The notes under the pieces were generated by a model, which was not told the DNA's origin, did not search any database, and saw only the letters and a program-made list of their open reading frames with translations. Below are positions 26,040-41,376 of a DNA stretch of 64,000 nt, one piece after another. The translations under genes and the position numbers were made by a program. Source of the DNA: Eledone cirrhosa. Its lineage: Eukaryota. The stretch lies in the NCBI GenBank assembly GCA_964016885.1, contig OZ024745.1, positions 90,334,001 to 90,398,000 on the forward strand, in the 5' to 3' direction. Each line of letters starts with the position of its first letter. The first letter of the stretch is position 1.

Positions 26040-26410
26040 TCTTCTTCTTTGCCCACTTATTTCTGAAAAGGTCCCGGGGGCAGAGTCGTCAAACACTCCT
26101 TCCAGCGGGTTCTGTCAGAAGCAACCGTCTCCAATAGATCCAGCAGGATCCCCAACCTTTTTGTTCGGGGTCTACCCCTAGATCTCCTGTCGGTTGATTT
26201 TGCTTGTAAAATCTGTCCAGCGATTCTTTTTTTGAGACATTCTAACAACATGCCCACAGTACTGGAGCTGTGATCTCTCAATTTGGAGAGGTAGCGGCTC
26301 TACCTGGAGTAGCTCTCTGATCTCCGAGAAATGTTACTCCAAAGACACTTCGGAGGAATCCCATTGCAGCCGCTTGTATTCGCGATCGTATTGTTTCGGT
26401 CATTACCCAA
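26040..26410 (-). mobile_element. RTE-clade LINE 3' fragment
   Basis: RRSRGRPRTK..A.DRTRW..LPP, followed by a (GAA)n tail. Confidence 0.65.
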
Positions 26411-26412
26411 GA

Positions 26413-26602
26413 TTAATTGTTTCTACTTTTGGCACAAGGCCAGCAATTATCCCAGTGTATTACTGCTACTTTATTTTATCGACCCCGTAAGGATGAAAGG
26501 CAAAGTAAACCTCGGTGGTATTTGAACTCAGACCATAAAGGGTCGTAACTCTTTGCTGCAAAGCATGGCGTCCGACCCTCTACCGATACTGCCAATCCAC
26601 CC
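26413..26602 (-). mobile_element. Nin/Deu SINE
   Basis: Matches the family consensus; caagattaat duplicated on both sides. Confidence 0.9.
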
Positions 26603-27134
26603 TCAAGATTAATGACCATAGGAAAGGATTGGATCTGCTCGACAAGGGGTGACCTAAGACTAAACAACTACAAAGACAAAAACAATAGCAACAGCAAACA
26701 GATAGTAATTCGAGTTATAGACACTATTACTACCATTGTTACTATTAGTACATCTACTACATCTACTACAACTACTACAACTACTATTGTTGTTGTTGTC
26801 GTCCCTACTGCTGTTGCTGTTGTTATGAAAGTAATATATGAACATGTAATTATAGAAAATTGGAATATTGAAATAGGTTTGATTTTTTTTATAAATATAT
26901 TTCGTAAAAAATATTATTGTTGATTACAAGTTCCCAGGGGACTAATCATTGCTAGAGACAAGGGTGTATCCCTAACTCGACGCAAAACAAATATATCAAT
27001 GGGCTTTGTCGAAAAACGCCGGTTATTTTGCTTTCGACTGATGTATATATCCCTCGCTGATATGTATGCATACAAGACCCACATACACACACACACACAC
27101 ACACACACCTGTATGTGTGTGCGTGCACGTGCGT

Positions 27135-27213
<79 letters not shown>

Positions 27214-28454
27214 GAGCATCTTCACAGTTTTCACCCACCAAATTCCAATCTCAAGCATTTGTAAACGCGATGATATAAGTAAAAGTCTTTGCCTCCAGGT
27301 GACATACAATGGGATCAAACCCGGAAGTGAGCGCTTACGAAACGAACTTGTTAAAAACAGTCTTTATTCATAAATTAACACCCCTACTGAACCTTGAAAG
27401 AACGCCTTATAACCACATGCATGCCGAGCATGTGGAAGGTTATTTCGTTTCCTTCTTCAGTAATATCATGTCACTAACTTTTCTTTGTTATCTGTGGCCT
27501 CAGTAACTAATAATCTAGGGAGAATGAATGCTTTCTTATGCTCCACTATATACATGAAGGGTGGAGTAACGAAGGATCCTCTACCTGGTCGCTTTCTCTG
27601 CTAGAAATAGAAGCAAAATCTTCGAATCACACCCTTCCGTATTAAAAAGATATACATTTGTCTTTAGTTCACTGCGTCGAGGAAAAATCGTGACTGCCTC
27701 CGCAGGAGCTCTATTAATTATACGTCTGATTGATCAGTGCTGTCTTGAGGCTAAACAACGTGGAGACTAAATATATTGCGACTGACCCGGTGACCTAACA
27801 CTAAGAGATATTTTTAATGTAGGTACTATGGGGAAAGAAGACGGCGAATTGGCAGAGTCGTTAGAACGTCGGATAGAGTGCTTTGCGATATTCGTTTCTG
27901 CTCTCTGAGTTTAAATCCCGCTGAGGTCAACTTTGCCTTTCATCCTTTCGAGGTCGATAAAAAATAAGTACCACTCTACTACTGGGATTGATTCTTGCTC
28001 TATATCTCTTCCTCACCTCCTCTCTTTTCTGGAAGAAATCTGCTTCGAGAGTTACGGGACTATGCATGCATGCATACTATAGAGGAGGGAGCAATCTCTC
28101 TAGAAACTGTTCCACTGCTCCCAGAAGGGTTATACGTCTATATCAATGATAACAAACCTGTGACATTCGATGAACTTTGAAATATCTTCGTTTAATATCA
28201 GATTTAAAAACCCTTATTTGTGAATGTTTGTCTATAACTAAAATACTCGTACATGTAAGTATAAATAGAAGGGTTATTTTTAATAATTAAATATCCTACA
28301 CGAAGAGCTAGAACGATTCACCATCATCGATCTAGGTAGAGGAAATGCTGAGAGCGATGAGATGACAAAATTGACACAAATAGCATTTAACTTCTTTTTC
28401 TCTAGTTTCAGATTTCAAATCCGCTTGTTAATGTTGTTGCTACTACCTCTTTTT

Positions 28455-28645
28455 TGGTGGTTTGGCAGTATCGGTAGAGCGTCAGACACCATGCTTTGCA
28501 GCATAGAGTTATGTTCCTTTACGTTCTGAGTTCAAATCTCGCCGAGGTTAACTTTGTCTTTCATCCTTACGGGGTTGATAAAATAAAGTACCAGTAATGC
28601 ACTGGGATAATTGCTGGCCTTGTGCCAAAAGTAGAAACAATTATA
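28455..28645 (+). mobile_element. Nin/Deu SINE
   Basis: Matches the family consensus. Confidence 0.9.
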
Positions 28646-28982
28646 TTCTCCAACCATATTCTACCTATTACTACATTATTTAACGCGAACTTCATTTTTC
28701 AAGTCGACAAGGTGTGACATGAGGGAATTTTAGGTATTATTTCTAACAAGTTAAGCTGCGACGTAGAAGCTCGTTTGTCGAGTTTGTTCACATCCAGGCG
28801 GTGTCGTTTTTGTCTTTCATCCCTCGGGGATCGATAAAAACGATTATCAGTTATATCATGATGATCTTCACGAAAACTGTCGCCTACAAATATCGATTGA
28901 AGGGAGGGGGGATGGCTAATAAACCAATAGTTAATATTGATATCACAATGGATTTTACAACAGCAGGAGCAGTGTTAGCACT

Positions 28983-30410
<1,428 letters not shown>

Positions 30411-30639
30411 AGTGGGAGTAGTTCTGTTATTAGTGATAACAACGAGACTGGTAGTGATAGTATAGTTATGGTGGAGAAGACAGTGTGGTTAGATAATAGA
30501 ATGATCGGCTTAGGTGATGTTGTGGTGTTCATGTAGTAGATGGTATGGGTAGAAGTATTTTAAGACTTCAACCATTGATGATGTTGATGGTAGAATAGTA
30601 TGGTTGTAAGAAGAGGCTGGTCTTATATTTTTATTGAGG

Positions 30640-30966
30640 CCCCACTCAGTCACGAATGACCATGGTTTTGCACCTAGAAAGTTTACCTGCGATGCACAAG
30701 CCCGGACAAGGTTGTTTTAGGAAGACCAGCAGTCGCCCATGCATACCAGCTTCCTCTCCCACACCACCGATGATGTCCAAAGGAAAGGCTATGGCCGATA
30801 CAGCTTGGCATCAGTTACCTCGCAACTCATTTCTACAGCTGAGTAAACTGGAGCAACGCGAAATAAAGTGTCTTGCTCAAGGACAAAACGCATCACCCGG
30901 TCCGAGAAGCGAACTCACAACTTCTCAATTACAAGCCCAATGCTCTAACCACTAAACCATGCACTT
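30640..30966 (-). mobile_element. tRNA-head SINE with CORE-like central domain
   Basis: Minus strand: gcatggtttagtggttagagc..gagttcg..tgtccttgagcaagacacttta..ctcagctgtagaaatg. Confidence 0.7.
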
Positions 30967-31755
30967 TATTAGATTAACCTTAAGAGAAAAAGTTTTCACC
31001 TGACGGAATAGTGTAGGTAGTGTTGTTGTTGGTGGTATTGTTGTTGTTGTTGGTGGTGGTGGTGGTTTAAATAGCGCTAATGAATCACTCGGTCGAATTC
31101 CTTAACCTAGAGAATTATCAATTATCAGAGCGCTGAGTTGTATGCCTTATGATATATATACGTAGTTTTGTATACCCATGGTAAGGTTTTGCGTATGCTT
31201 GTGTATGTACGTATCTGTTTGCGTGTATGTATTTATTTGTTTCTATTACTTCTGTATTGTATTTATTTACTTTGTTCTTAACTCTGTAGCGGAGATTCAT
31301 TTGGTCTCCTAGTTAGAATTTTAGTCTACGATTTCTGCTATACCATTTACGTGGTTTTGTCTTTGCGTGCTATTGTTCTCCACGCTCCACATATGACTTA
31401 TTATCTTCGTTTTTTCGTTCATTGCCAGAGAACGTCTCTATGCACCACCTAAGAGAACATTAGTCTACGACCTCTTTTATACCATAAACGTGGTTTTGTC
31501 TTTGCGCGTAATTGTTTTTCACCGCTCCTATTAATGACGTATTTTTCGTTTTTTCCCGTTCTTTGCCAGCGAACGTTACCACGAACCAAAGTATCGTCTT
31601 CCTGTCTTCCTCCGGTTGCAATGTTTTTTGAAATATCCAGTTCTGCGTTTACAGATTGACTTTGTTAGTTTCAGAAGATCCCGTTAAGGGTGAAAGCAGC
31701 GATTCTTTGCTTAAACTTTAATCTGTTATTTTAATGAATATATATATATATCTAT

Positions 31756-32413
31756 CTAAGGCGGGTAAAATTCCCGAGATCCATGGACGAGTTCTCTCCA
31801 GCGGTCTCTGTCCCTCATTATCGCTGCCATATCCTGCATCTCCAACAGACCAGTGTCTGTCCTTAGGGCATCAACATATGTTAACCTTGGTCTTCCTCTT
31901 CTAGTGTGTCCATGTAGGGGCTCCCAAAGGAGCACTGAGTGCAATGTCAACTCTGGATGTCGGTGAGCATGTCCAGCCAACCTCAGTCTTCTCTGTGTCA
32001 CTTTTGAGCTGACTTTTGGGATGCTCCCATACAGCTCTGAGTTTTTCATCCTCAGTGTATACTGATTAATGTTCAGAGCCATCCTCAGCATTCTCGTGTA
32101 GCACCCATCCACCATCTGAGTGAGTCTCTTGGTCAGTGTCCAAGTCTCAGACCCATACAGCAGCACAGACTCCACTACAGCAATGAAGAGGCGGATTTTC
32201 AGATCTCTACGAAGGTCCGACTTCCACACCGATCTCAAGCTGTGACACGCCGCCCAGGCCTTGCTCTTCCTCTCAACCACATCATCTTCCGTATTCCCAA
32301 TCTTTGCTCCCAAATACAGGAAGTCCTCAACCAATTCCAGCGGCTTCCCGCCTACATTAGTGATCCCCTCTGGCTTCTCAACATTCTCTACCAGATATTT
32401 TGTTTTAGTCTCA

Positions 32414-32418
<5 letters not shown>
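31756..32418 (-). mobile_element. 5'-truncated RTE-clade LINE (RT C-terminus) inserted in (TA)n
   Basis: NETKTKY, VEDFLYLG, KIRLFIAVVESVLLYGSETWTL, RRLRLAGH, RGRPRLTY, DRDRWR. Uninterrupted frame, (TA)n on both flanks. Confidence 0.9.
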
Positions 32419-32448
<30 letters not shown>

Positions 32449-32527
32449 CGAAGGAATTGTGGTAAGGAGCTAGATGGACCATAACGCACCAAAGTATTCA
32501 ATACTTAGGGTAGTAGAGTGGATAATA

Positions 32528-34639
32528 GGAACAAGTATGACCCCGATGGCAGAACTCAAGCCGTTTCGACGGCTATTTCTGGATTAAATAAGAATTTTTA
32601 GCCTGGGAAATAAATAGCCAAACCTCTCAAGGGGAATTTCCTTATATGAGAAGATAGTAATTGTCAAGATGATTGGTTAAAATTTGTTATAAAGACAGAT
32701 AAATCTATCGTGGCATTTGGTGAGAGGTAGGGGTGGCTGAACTTTCCGGTAAAACAAAGAGGGAATGGGGAAAGCCAGTCAGGCGTTGAAAGTGAAATCT
32801 ATACAGCAGATTCTAAGGATAGTGTATAAAAGGTCTAAAAATTGTACTGGAGAAAGGATGGGGGGTTAAAGAATAGGTAGGTCGAAAGGGAGTAAAATAA
32901 AACTATTTATAAAAATAAATATATAAAGACAATATTGATAGTGAGAAATGAAAAAAACAAAAACAGCTGCTAAAAATTAGTAGGTATTGCTAAGCTATAG
33001 AAAATTTTAATAGGTAGAGAATGGGAAAAAAACGAGATTGTAGTTGGTCGTGAAAACAATTTTTAAAGCCGGCTCTACAGGGGTCTAACACCGCTGCAAT
33101 AAATAGTTAGTAAAGCGTAATCAGCCAATGCTATCTTACGATGACAGGTTAATAAGTTGAGAACAAAAACACTAAATAAGGAATTTAGAAATTATAGAAA
33201 TGGAGTAGTAACAAAAAAGAAACAATTACGGGGTCTAACACATCTGCTATAAAAAGCGTAATAGGCCAATTCTATCTTAAAATTACGGGGGAGGGGGTAC
33301 TGAGGCTACAGAGGACCAATGGGCTGCATCAGGGTAGGCGAAAGGTGAAAGACAGACGAGGAAGTAGATCGGGGGTGGAAGGAATAAGATGAGATGGGGG
33401 GTAGAAGGGAACGTAGAGGAAAAGAAAAAAGGTTACTTCTACCTATGTAAGCAGGGGTTGCCCCTTACAAAATCGGCAAGTGGGGGGTATCAGCCCTTGT
33501 CTACCCACCTGGATCGTTATCGTTATGGGGTTTGAGGGCGAGGTACGTCCTACGCAATCTGTGTTTGCATGCGGTTACCAGTTCGTCTTTCTTGTTTAGG
33601 AGTTGGTCCTTAGAAAACAACATTTGTAATGTTTCCTCCGAGCATAAGCTACATGGACGGCCTCCTCCCTTGTAAGAGTTAGCTCTGGACAGTAAGCTCC
33701 AAGTGAGATTGTAGGCTATATTATTATCTTTGAGGTCCCAGATGTGGCCCGAAAGTGTAGTGGCATGTCGCCGGACCGAGTTTCGGAAAGTAAGCCGATC
33801 TCCTTCCCCGTCTGTCTTTCACCTTTCACCTACCCCGATGCTGCCCATTGGTCCTCTGTAGCCTCATACCCCTTCCCCCGTAATTTTAAGATAGAATGGG
33901 CCTATTACGCTTTTTATAGCAGATGTGTTAGACCCCGTAATTGTTTCTTTTTTGTTACTACTCTATTTCTATAATTTCTAAATTCCTTATTGAGTATTTT
34001 TGTTCTCAGCTTATTAACCTGTCATCGTAAGATAGCATTGGCTGATTACGCTTTACTAACTATTTATTGCAGCGGTGTTAGACCCCCTGTAAAGCCGGCT
34101 TTAAAAATTGTTTTCACTACCAACTACAATCTCGTTTTTTCCCATTCTCTACCTATTAAAATTTTCTATAGCTTAGCAATACCTACTAATTTTTAGCAGC
34201 TGTTTTTGTTTTTTTCATTTCTCACTATCAATATTGTCTTTATATATTTATTTTTATAAATAGTTTTATTTTACTCCCTTTCGACCTACCTATTCTTTAA
34301 CCCCCATCCTTTTCTCCAGTACAATTTTTAGACCTTTTATACACTATCCTTAGGATATGCTGTATAGATTTCACTTTCAACGCCTGACTGGCTTTCCCCA
34401 CTCCCTCTTTGTTCTACCGGAAAGTTCAGCCACCCCTACCTCTCACCAAATGACATGATATATTTATCTGTCTTTATAACAAATTTTAACCAATCATCTT
34501 GACAATTACTATCTTCTCATATAAGGAAATTCCCCTTGAGAGGTTTGGCTATTTATTTCCCAGGCTAAAAATTCTTATTTAATCCAGAAATAGCCGTCGA
34601 AACGGCTTGAGCTCTGCCGTCGGGGTCATACTTGTTCCC
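32528..34639 (-). mobile_element. Penelope insertion with inverted pLTR: GIY-YIG tail (33545-33790, minus) + pLTR, and an inverted ~845-bp pLTR copy (33795-34639)
   Basis: 32528-33372 is the reverse complement of 33795-34639. Homologous to 17915-19110. RPCSLCSEETLQMLFS on the minus strand. Confidence 0.9.
34532..34625 (+). ncRNA. Hammerhead ribozyme motif (U3-A8 variant) in the pLTR; mirror copy at 32541-32634 (minus)
   Basis: CCCC-UUGAGAG-[GGCUAUUU..AAAUAGCC]-GAAA-CGGC..GCCG-UC-GGGG. Confidence 0.6.
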
Positions 34640-34777
34640 ATATATATATATATATATATATATTACTCTTTTACTCTTTTACCTGTTCCAGCCATCCAGC
34701 TGAGGCCATGCTGGGGCACCGCATATATATATATCAATGATATTAATAAGTGGAAACTATATTTATAAAACCATATT

Positions 34778-34838
34778 TATTCTATTATATATATTTCAAG
34801 GGTACCAAAACTTTGGTACGCTCTCATCAGATAAAATA
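34778..34838 (-). ncRNA. Minimal type I hammerhead ribozyme, canonical core
   Basis: Minus strand: UAUUUUAU-CUGAUGA-GAGCGUACCAAAguUUUGGUACCCUU-GAAA-UAUAUA-UA-AUAGAAUA. 8-bp stem I, long stem II, palindromic stem III. A deleted copy lies at 8945-9000. Confidence 0.8.
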
Positions 34839-35221
34839 CAAAGTTTGTTTTATAAATATTGACATATCCAGGAATGAGACCTTAACGGTTCAAGTTTTAC
34901 CTGGATAGTAAAAGGAAAAATGGGAAAAGAGGAAAAAACAAATATTTCAAATTATTTAGATGAATATGCAAATGAAGTTGAGGCATAGGGCTGAAAAAAC
35001 GTTATTTTTAGACGCTAGGTAGATTTAAATAATTATTAGGATATATGTATGTAGAGGAAGAAGAAAGAGAAAGAAAGAAAAGCTTGTATTTATATTACTA
35101 TAATGCACGTGAATTTAAAAAGATTGAAATGAATTAACAGTTTGTTGGAGTGGTGGAATATGATTCCAGAATTAAATATATATATATTTGTTGAATTACC
35201 AACAAATTAAATATCCCTTTG

Positions 35222-35269
<48 letters not shown>

Positions 35270-35821
35270 AAGGAATTTGTAGTTTACTTGAAGCATTGCA
35301 TATGGTATAAAGAATTCGATGTTTGAAAGCTACGACAATGCATGTTTAGACGGAGAGTAATTGAATCGTAAGAAACAGGGCTTGTTTCTTACCTTAATTT
35401 ATTCATATGTCCTGATATTTCGAGATTAATATGTCTTCTTCCGATGTAAATAAAGGAAATATGGAACTGAGGAGAAAATGCAATGGGTTGATTGACAGGG
35501 ATGTTGTTTGCAAAGCAACTTGCTTGGAGAGTATAAGATAGATAAAATTCATATGAAATAGCAATAATCGACAGTCAATCGGCAAGAACCCAGACCTCAT
35601 CAAATTGGACCGATGAAACAATGTTTCCATTGGTTTTTCCCAAAAATATAAAATTATAATATCTAACAAATTTCAGTCTATAATTATATATTTCATAGAT
35701 GTAGTTCCTTCTAAATTCAACAAAGGTTGAGAACGTTTTCAACTTCATGATAAAACATTTTATTGTTGAGGCGAAAATTAGCAGCAATAAGTGAAGAGTC
35801 ATGATATGAAACCTACACAAG

Positions 35822-36248
35822 TAACAATTGTTTCTAGTTTTGGCACAAGGTCAGCAATTACCCCCAGTGCATTACTGGTACTTTATTTTATCGACCTCGT
35901 AAAGATGAAAGGCAAAGTTAACCTCAGCGGGATTTGAACTCAGATCATAAAGGGCCGTAACTCTATGCTGAAAAACATGGCATCCGATCCTCTACTGATA
36001 CCGCCAATCCATCACTCTACACAAATAATAATGGTTTCTTATATAGGCACAAGGCCAGCAATTTTGGAGGTGGGGAATGTCGATTAAATCGACCCCAATG
36101 CGTGACTGCTACTTTATTTTATCGACCCCATAAGGATGAAAGGCAAAGTTAACCTCGATGGGATTTGAACTCAGAGCGTAAAGGGCCGTAACTCTATGGC
36201 GCAAAGCATATTGTCCGATCATCTACCAATACTGCCCATCTACCGCCC
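35822..36248 (-). mobile_element. Two tandem Nin/Deu SINEs
   Basis: Consensus matches; tacacaa(g/a)taa(c/t)aat occurs three times, at the flanks and the junction. Confidence 0.9.
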
Positions 36249-37419
36249 TTACACAAGTAATAATCAAATGACTTAGAAATATTTTATATACGCATTATAT
36301 ATATTAGTTAGTAACATTTTAATTATGATATTACATTGATGTAAATGTGATTTTATTTTCATCTTAAGTCTCTCTTGCAGCTGACATTTCGTATAAAGAA
36401 ATTAATATTTATATATATTAATGTATATTTTGATAATCAATTTGAATATATATTTAAACACTTTAAATGCAGCTAAATCATTTTCGTATCTCCTTCTATA
36501 ATGTTCAATAAATATGGGCAAACCATGAGGTTAAGCGGAGAATATTTGTAGAAACAAAATGTACGTTGATTGAATGACCGTCCAAGCTAACAAAAATGTA
36601 CAATGCTGTTTCGAGAAATGAACCCCCTGAGAATGATTTTCCATTAGTAATCGTTGGCGATATTGTAAATATCTACTGAAAATTGTTACTAAATTGTATC
36701 TTACTAACACACATACATACACACACATTTTCACAAACTCATAAACGTATGTACAAACACAATCTAATGGTGCCCATTATATTTCAAAGCAATAATATGA
36801 AACAAAAAGATCACCAACAGGAATATATGACAAACTGAAAAATGAAGTAAATCCAGACAGCTTACACATGAAAAGCTTGTTAAATACGAATTCTATACTT
36901 TTAGAGACAAAATCTCCCTGATAATTTGATTTGACTTATACCAGACATTTTTCAACAACCATTAAAGTATTAAACTTCAGATTTCCATATCTAAGTTTGA
37001 ACAGAAGAAAATACTCGGTACTGTTGTTTGTGACAATTAATGTTCAGATATGACTAAGCTGCAGTCAAGTTAATAAGCTATGGTGGTGGTAGTGGTGTTA
37101 CAGTTAGAAGCAATAGATGACAGTCGATCATATGCCAAAGAAAAGCTTAGATAGTTGGAGAGCAAGTTTTGACCAGTTGCTCCCATCGTCGTGAAATTGT
37201 CAGTTTGCCCATATCAGAATCGACTCAATGTCCAGCGACGACAACAACACCGGCAGTATAAAGAAACCGACGAAGTCCGAACCTCAAAAGCATGGAGTTG
37301 ATGACATGGTGCTAGGAATAAACTGGCGATCCAGCAGAAAGAGAAATCCACCGAATCGACTAGAAAGGACAGAACAGACAACTTCGACATCACTATGGGC
37401 TCAAGCGACTCTGCGCAAA

Positions 37420-39560
37420 TCACCGATTTAGTTGGAATCTACCTATTACATAACATCAGAGCTGAAATCCAATCCTTGCAAGGCGGAATATATAGGGACG
37501 ACGCCCTATTTGCAGTCCACAATTGCACTAATTGAGGCATTGACTTGCTCAAAAAACAATTACATAGATTTTTTTTAAATAACGGTCTCTCTATCACCAT
37601 CGAACCGAACCCTAAGGTAGTAAACTTCCTGGACGTTACCCTAGATCTTAACAATAACTTATATTACCCTGATCATAAACCAGGTGAAATACTTACATAT
37701 ATTATCCCGCACTCTAACCATCCACCGGCAGTTATCAGAGCAGTCACCAAATCTATCTCGTATAGGATCTCCATGCTATCCGCAAATGAGGAGATATTTA
37801 TGAACTATGCGGCATATTATAATAAGGCCCTTTCTGAATCTGGTTATGAACAGTCCATTTACTACGTACCTAAATGCCATAACACAGCACTTCACCACAA
37901 CCATAATAAACTTAACACTAGAACTAGAAATACTTTAGTATGTAGCCAGATACGCCGGAATTTTAGCAGTAACAGCACCTATACAGGGAACCATAATGGT
38001 GGCAGAAGCCTACTTCCCATTCCTAGTAGCAGACTCAGAATCAACCCTAGAATAGGAATGAGCAATGGGATGACAAATAACAAACGCCCAGGTAATAATA
38101 ACCCTATGAAAGCCTCTACTAACTCCACTAGAACCCCTAGAAGGAATAGGCCTAGAAATATCACCTGGCTTAACCCCCCATTCTCATCTAATTTAGCCAC
38201 TAATATCCCTAAACGCTTCTTCTCTATCCTATCTAAACACACACACACCCCCCAACCATAGATATTACAAACTCTTTAATAAAAATAACATTAAAATCTC
38301 ATTCTCCACAACACCTAACCTTGCTAGCCACATCGCATTCAGTAACCATCATAAACTAAGACAGTATAACTCCCACACCGCGGTAACCCCCCCCCCCCCC
38401 CTCAAATACACCACGCCACTACACCAATACTTACTCTAGTAGCATACCTCCCCCATCTAATCCTTCTAGCACACACCAGCCGCATAGTTTAAACAACCCT
38501 ACCCTCACTAACCGCAGCAGTAACTGCAACTGCCGTTACCCTAATGCATGCCCACTAAACGGACAATGCCTTACAACCAATATAGTCTATAGGTGCACAG
38601 TTAAAACAGCATCACATACCAGCTCCTATATTGGCTCTACCTCCAACCCTTTTAAGGTACGCTATAACGCGCACTCATTTTCCTTCCGAGACTCTATCAA
38701 TAGATGTTCAACATCTCTAGCTAGGCTCCTTAAATGAACCAACATTGAACACTCACTAACATGGGATATCTTGGCTAGATCCCAAGCGACCTCTACCGAT
38801 TAACGATAGAAACGAGATAACTATTAGCTTTCAACATCGAAGGGCAAATTCCTTCGCCAACAGAATATTCGACCCAACATAGTAATCTAATCTCACTTTT
38901 AATTATAGCTAACATGTTAAATATTTAACCCAGACTTAGATAATTATAAGTTACCTCCCCTACACTGTCTCTCACTTAAGCTCATTAGCACTTCTTAGCT
39001 ATAAATCACCTACAATTTCTAAATTCTCAAGGAGTTACTTCCCTTGAAACCCGTCTCTAATTAGTAAGGTAAATATGTCCTTAGGTGGCCATCTTGTTAC
39101 GCATAGGCAGATCTCGCTTAATACAGCCTCGACAGAAGAATAATGCTTGCCTATAGCAGACAATAGATAGACCCAGGACACTGTCGTGAAATACCAATAT
39201 ATGGAACATTACATTCATGTAACCATCTTTCTTTACCTTACTTTATATTCCTTATTCCATTGTACCTTTATCAATATTTACATTATTTCTTTTGAAGTTC
39301 TGAAGAGCAGCTCCATAATTTTTACCTAAGTTAATTATCTTCATCTGAACCAGATCAATAATGATCTATAATCATTTGATCCAGAAACATTATATGGAGT
39401 AGCGAAACAATTGTAAACGGACATTATTATCATTATTATTATTATTATTCCTTAGATTAAACTATAATTACACTCCTTATTCCTTACATTAAACTGCAAC
39501 TATGTTGACACTCTTTAAATAACGTCTTCCTTGTGAAATTTGTGGTCTTGTTTTGCTTAA
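37420..39560 (+). mobile_element. 5'-truncated Penelope/Poseidon PLE (RT core, thumb, GIY-YIG, 3' pLTR), frameshifted
   Basis: GGIYRDDAL, VVNFLDVTLDL, HSNHPP, RISMLS, RNITWLNPPFS, CNCRYPNACPLNGQCL..IVYRC..YIGST..FKVRY..H. Confidence 0.9.
39297..39418 (+). ncRNA. Type I hammerhead ribozyme with long stem II insertion, sense to the upstream PLE
   Basis: GUU-CUGAAGA-GCaGCUCCAUA...UAUGGAGUaGC-GAAA-CAAUUG-UA-AAC; predicted cleavage after GUA at 39415. Confidence 0.85.
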
Positions 39561-39708
39561 CTAATGAATATTTCCAGCTCTGTGCACCTAATCTCTGCAT
39601 GAACCCAGCCATCTAGCTGCCTTCCACTACATATTGCACATTGAGCACATGCCTTTACGCTTTTGGCTTCTAAAAATCTCTTTAAGATTGGTTTACTCTT
39701 GAACCGTG

Positions 39709-39747
<39 letters not shown>

Positions 39748-40311
39748 ATACATACATACATATATGCATATGTAGAAGATCTACATGACAAGTGCAATGT
39801 GTTCGACCACGGAAGAACCGAACTTCCACCATCATCGCCTCCATCTCTCTCGCCCTCCCCATCTCTCTGTATTGTGAGCAAGTGGGGTCCCATGTACCTG
39901 CCGCCCCACAGCCCCGGCGGACAGAATGGAGAAGGTGTTTCCCCGGAGGATGGTAAGGGAGATGCGCTGCCCATATAAAAACACTTAACGCTCAATATGT
40001 CAACCGTATATGTCCGAAATTAAGATGATTCCAAATATAGGGTGAAACAATTTTTGTAATATTGATACGAGATTAACCTTATCTTGGGAAGAAGGGCAGC
40101 TTAAATATATTATATTTTAATTTAATAACATCTGAAAACATGAGTACAAATATATTAATAAAATCAGGGTATCTGTATCAAATAAGATTTTGAATGATTT
40201 TCTAGCATAAACTTTTCATGTAAATAACAAAATATCACACTTGAAAGTGAATTGAGCATTCTATGATTGAGAAGTATTTCGTACAGCTGGTTAGTTCTTC
40301 AATGTGTAACT

Positions 40312-40528
40312 AATGGTTTCTTATTTAGGCACAATGCCAGCAATTCCAGGGGAGGGGATAGTCGAATATATCGACCGCAGTACGTGACTGGTACTTTATT
40401 TTATCGACCCCGTAAGGATGAAAGGCAAAGTTAACCTTGGCGGAATTTGAACTCAGATCATTAAGGGCCGTAACTCTATGCTGCAAAGCATGGCGTCCGA
40501 CCCTCTACCGATACTGCCAATCCACCGT
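40312..40528 (-). mobile_element. Nin/Deu SINE with TSD
   Basis: tcaatgtgtaactaatgg on both sides. Confidence 0.9.
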
Positions 40529-41257
40529 CCTTTCTCAATGTGTAACTAATGGAAAACAATTCCAGTGTCAAGTTACCCTGCGATTGACTGGCGTCATGTC
40601 CAGGGGGAGTGTTGTATTCTCAGTCGCTTCCCACTACGAAACCGGGATAAGCACCGGCCTGATGAACCGGCCTTAAGACAGACTTTACACTAGACTAGAC
40701 TCGACTAGACCTAGACTTTTTAATAAGAGTCAATAGAAGATTAATCTCCACACATCTTCAACACCGTGAAACAGTATCAATGAAAAACCACGTTTAAAAT
40801 CAGATAGTTCAATTGTAATCGAATCTACGAGGGATCCCTATGGAGTCGATCGATCTACTAAAAATAGTAACCCAATCTTCTTATTGTCTTATAAAAGAAA
40901 GGTCATATAGAACAATGTAGTTATAAATACAAAAGAAAATTGGTATGATGGTGGCTGAAACATTCCTAATTATAGATCCGCTAGATCAGGGCTGACCTGG
41001 AGTTAAACATTAGCAATATTTCAAAGTGATGTGTGAAACTTATTTTAGATGTTGTTATCTTGTGAAAAGAAAGAAGGAAAGAAAGAAGAAAAGAAAGGAA
41101 AAAGGAAAGAAACAAAGAAACGAAAAAGAGAAAAAAGAAAACAAAAAAGAAAGAGCAAAACTTAAAGAAAGAAACAAATCATTATCTTCTATGTTCAAAT
41201 ATAAAAAAGGTATCAGGTTGATAAGAGTGATTTATTTCCTACGTTGGCTCAAGTATA

Positions 41258-41304
<47 letters not shown>

Positions 41305-41339
41305 ATGTGTGTATGTGTGTGTATGTATGTGTATATATA

Positions 41340-41376
<37 letters not shown>

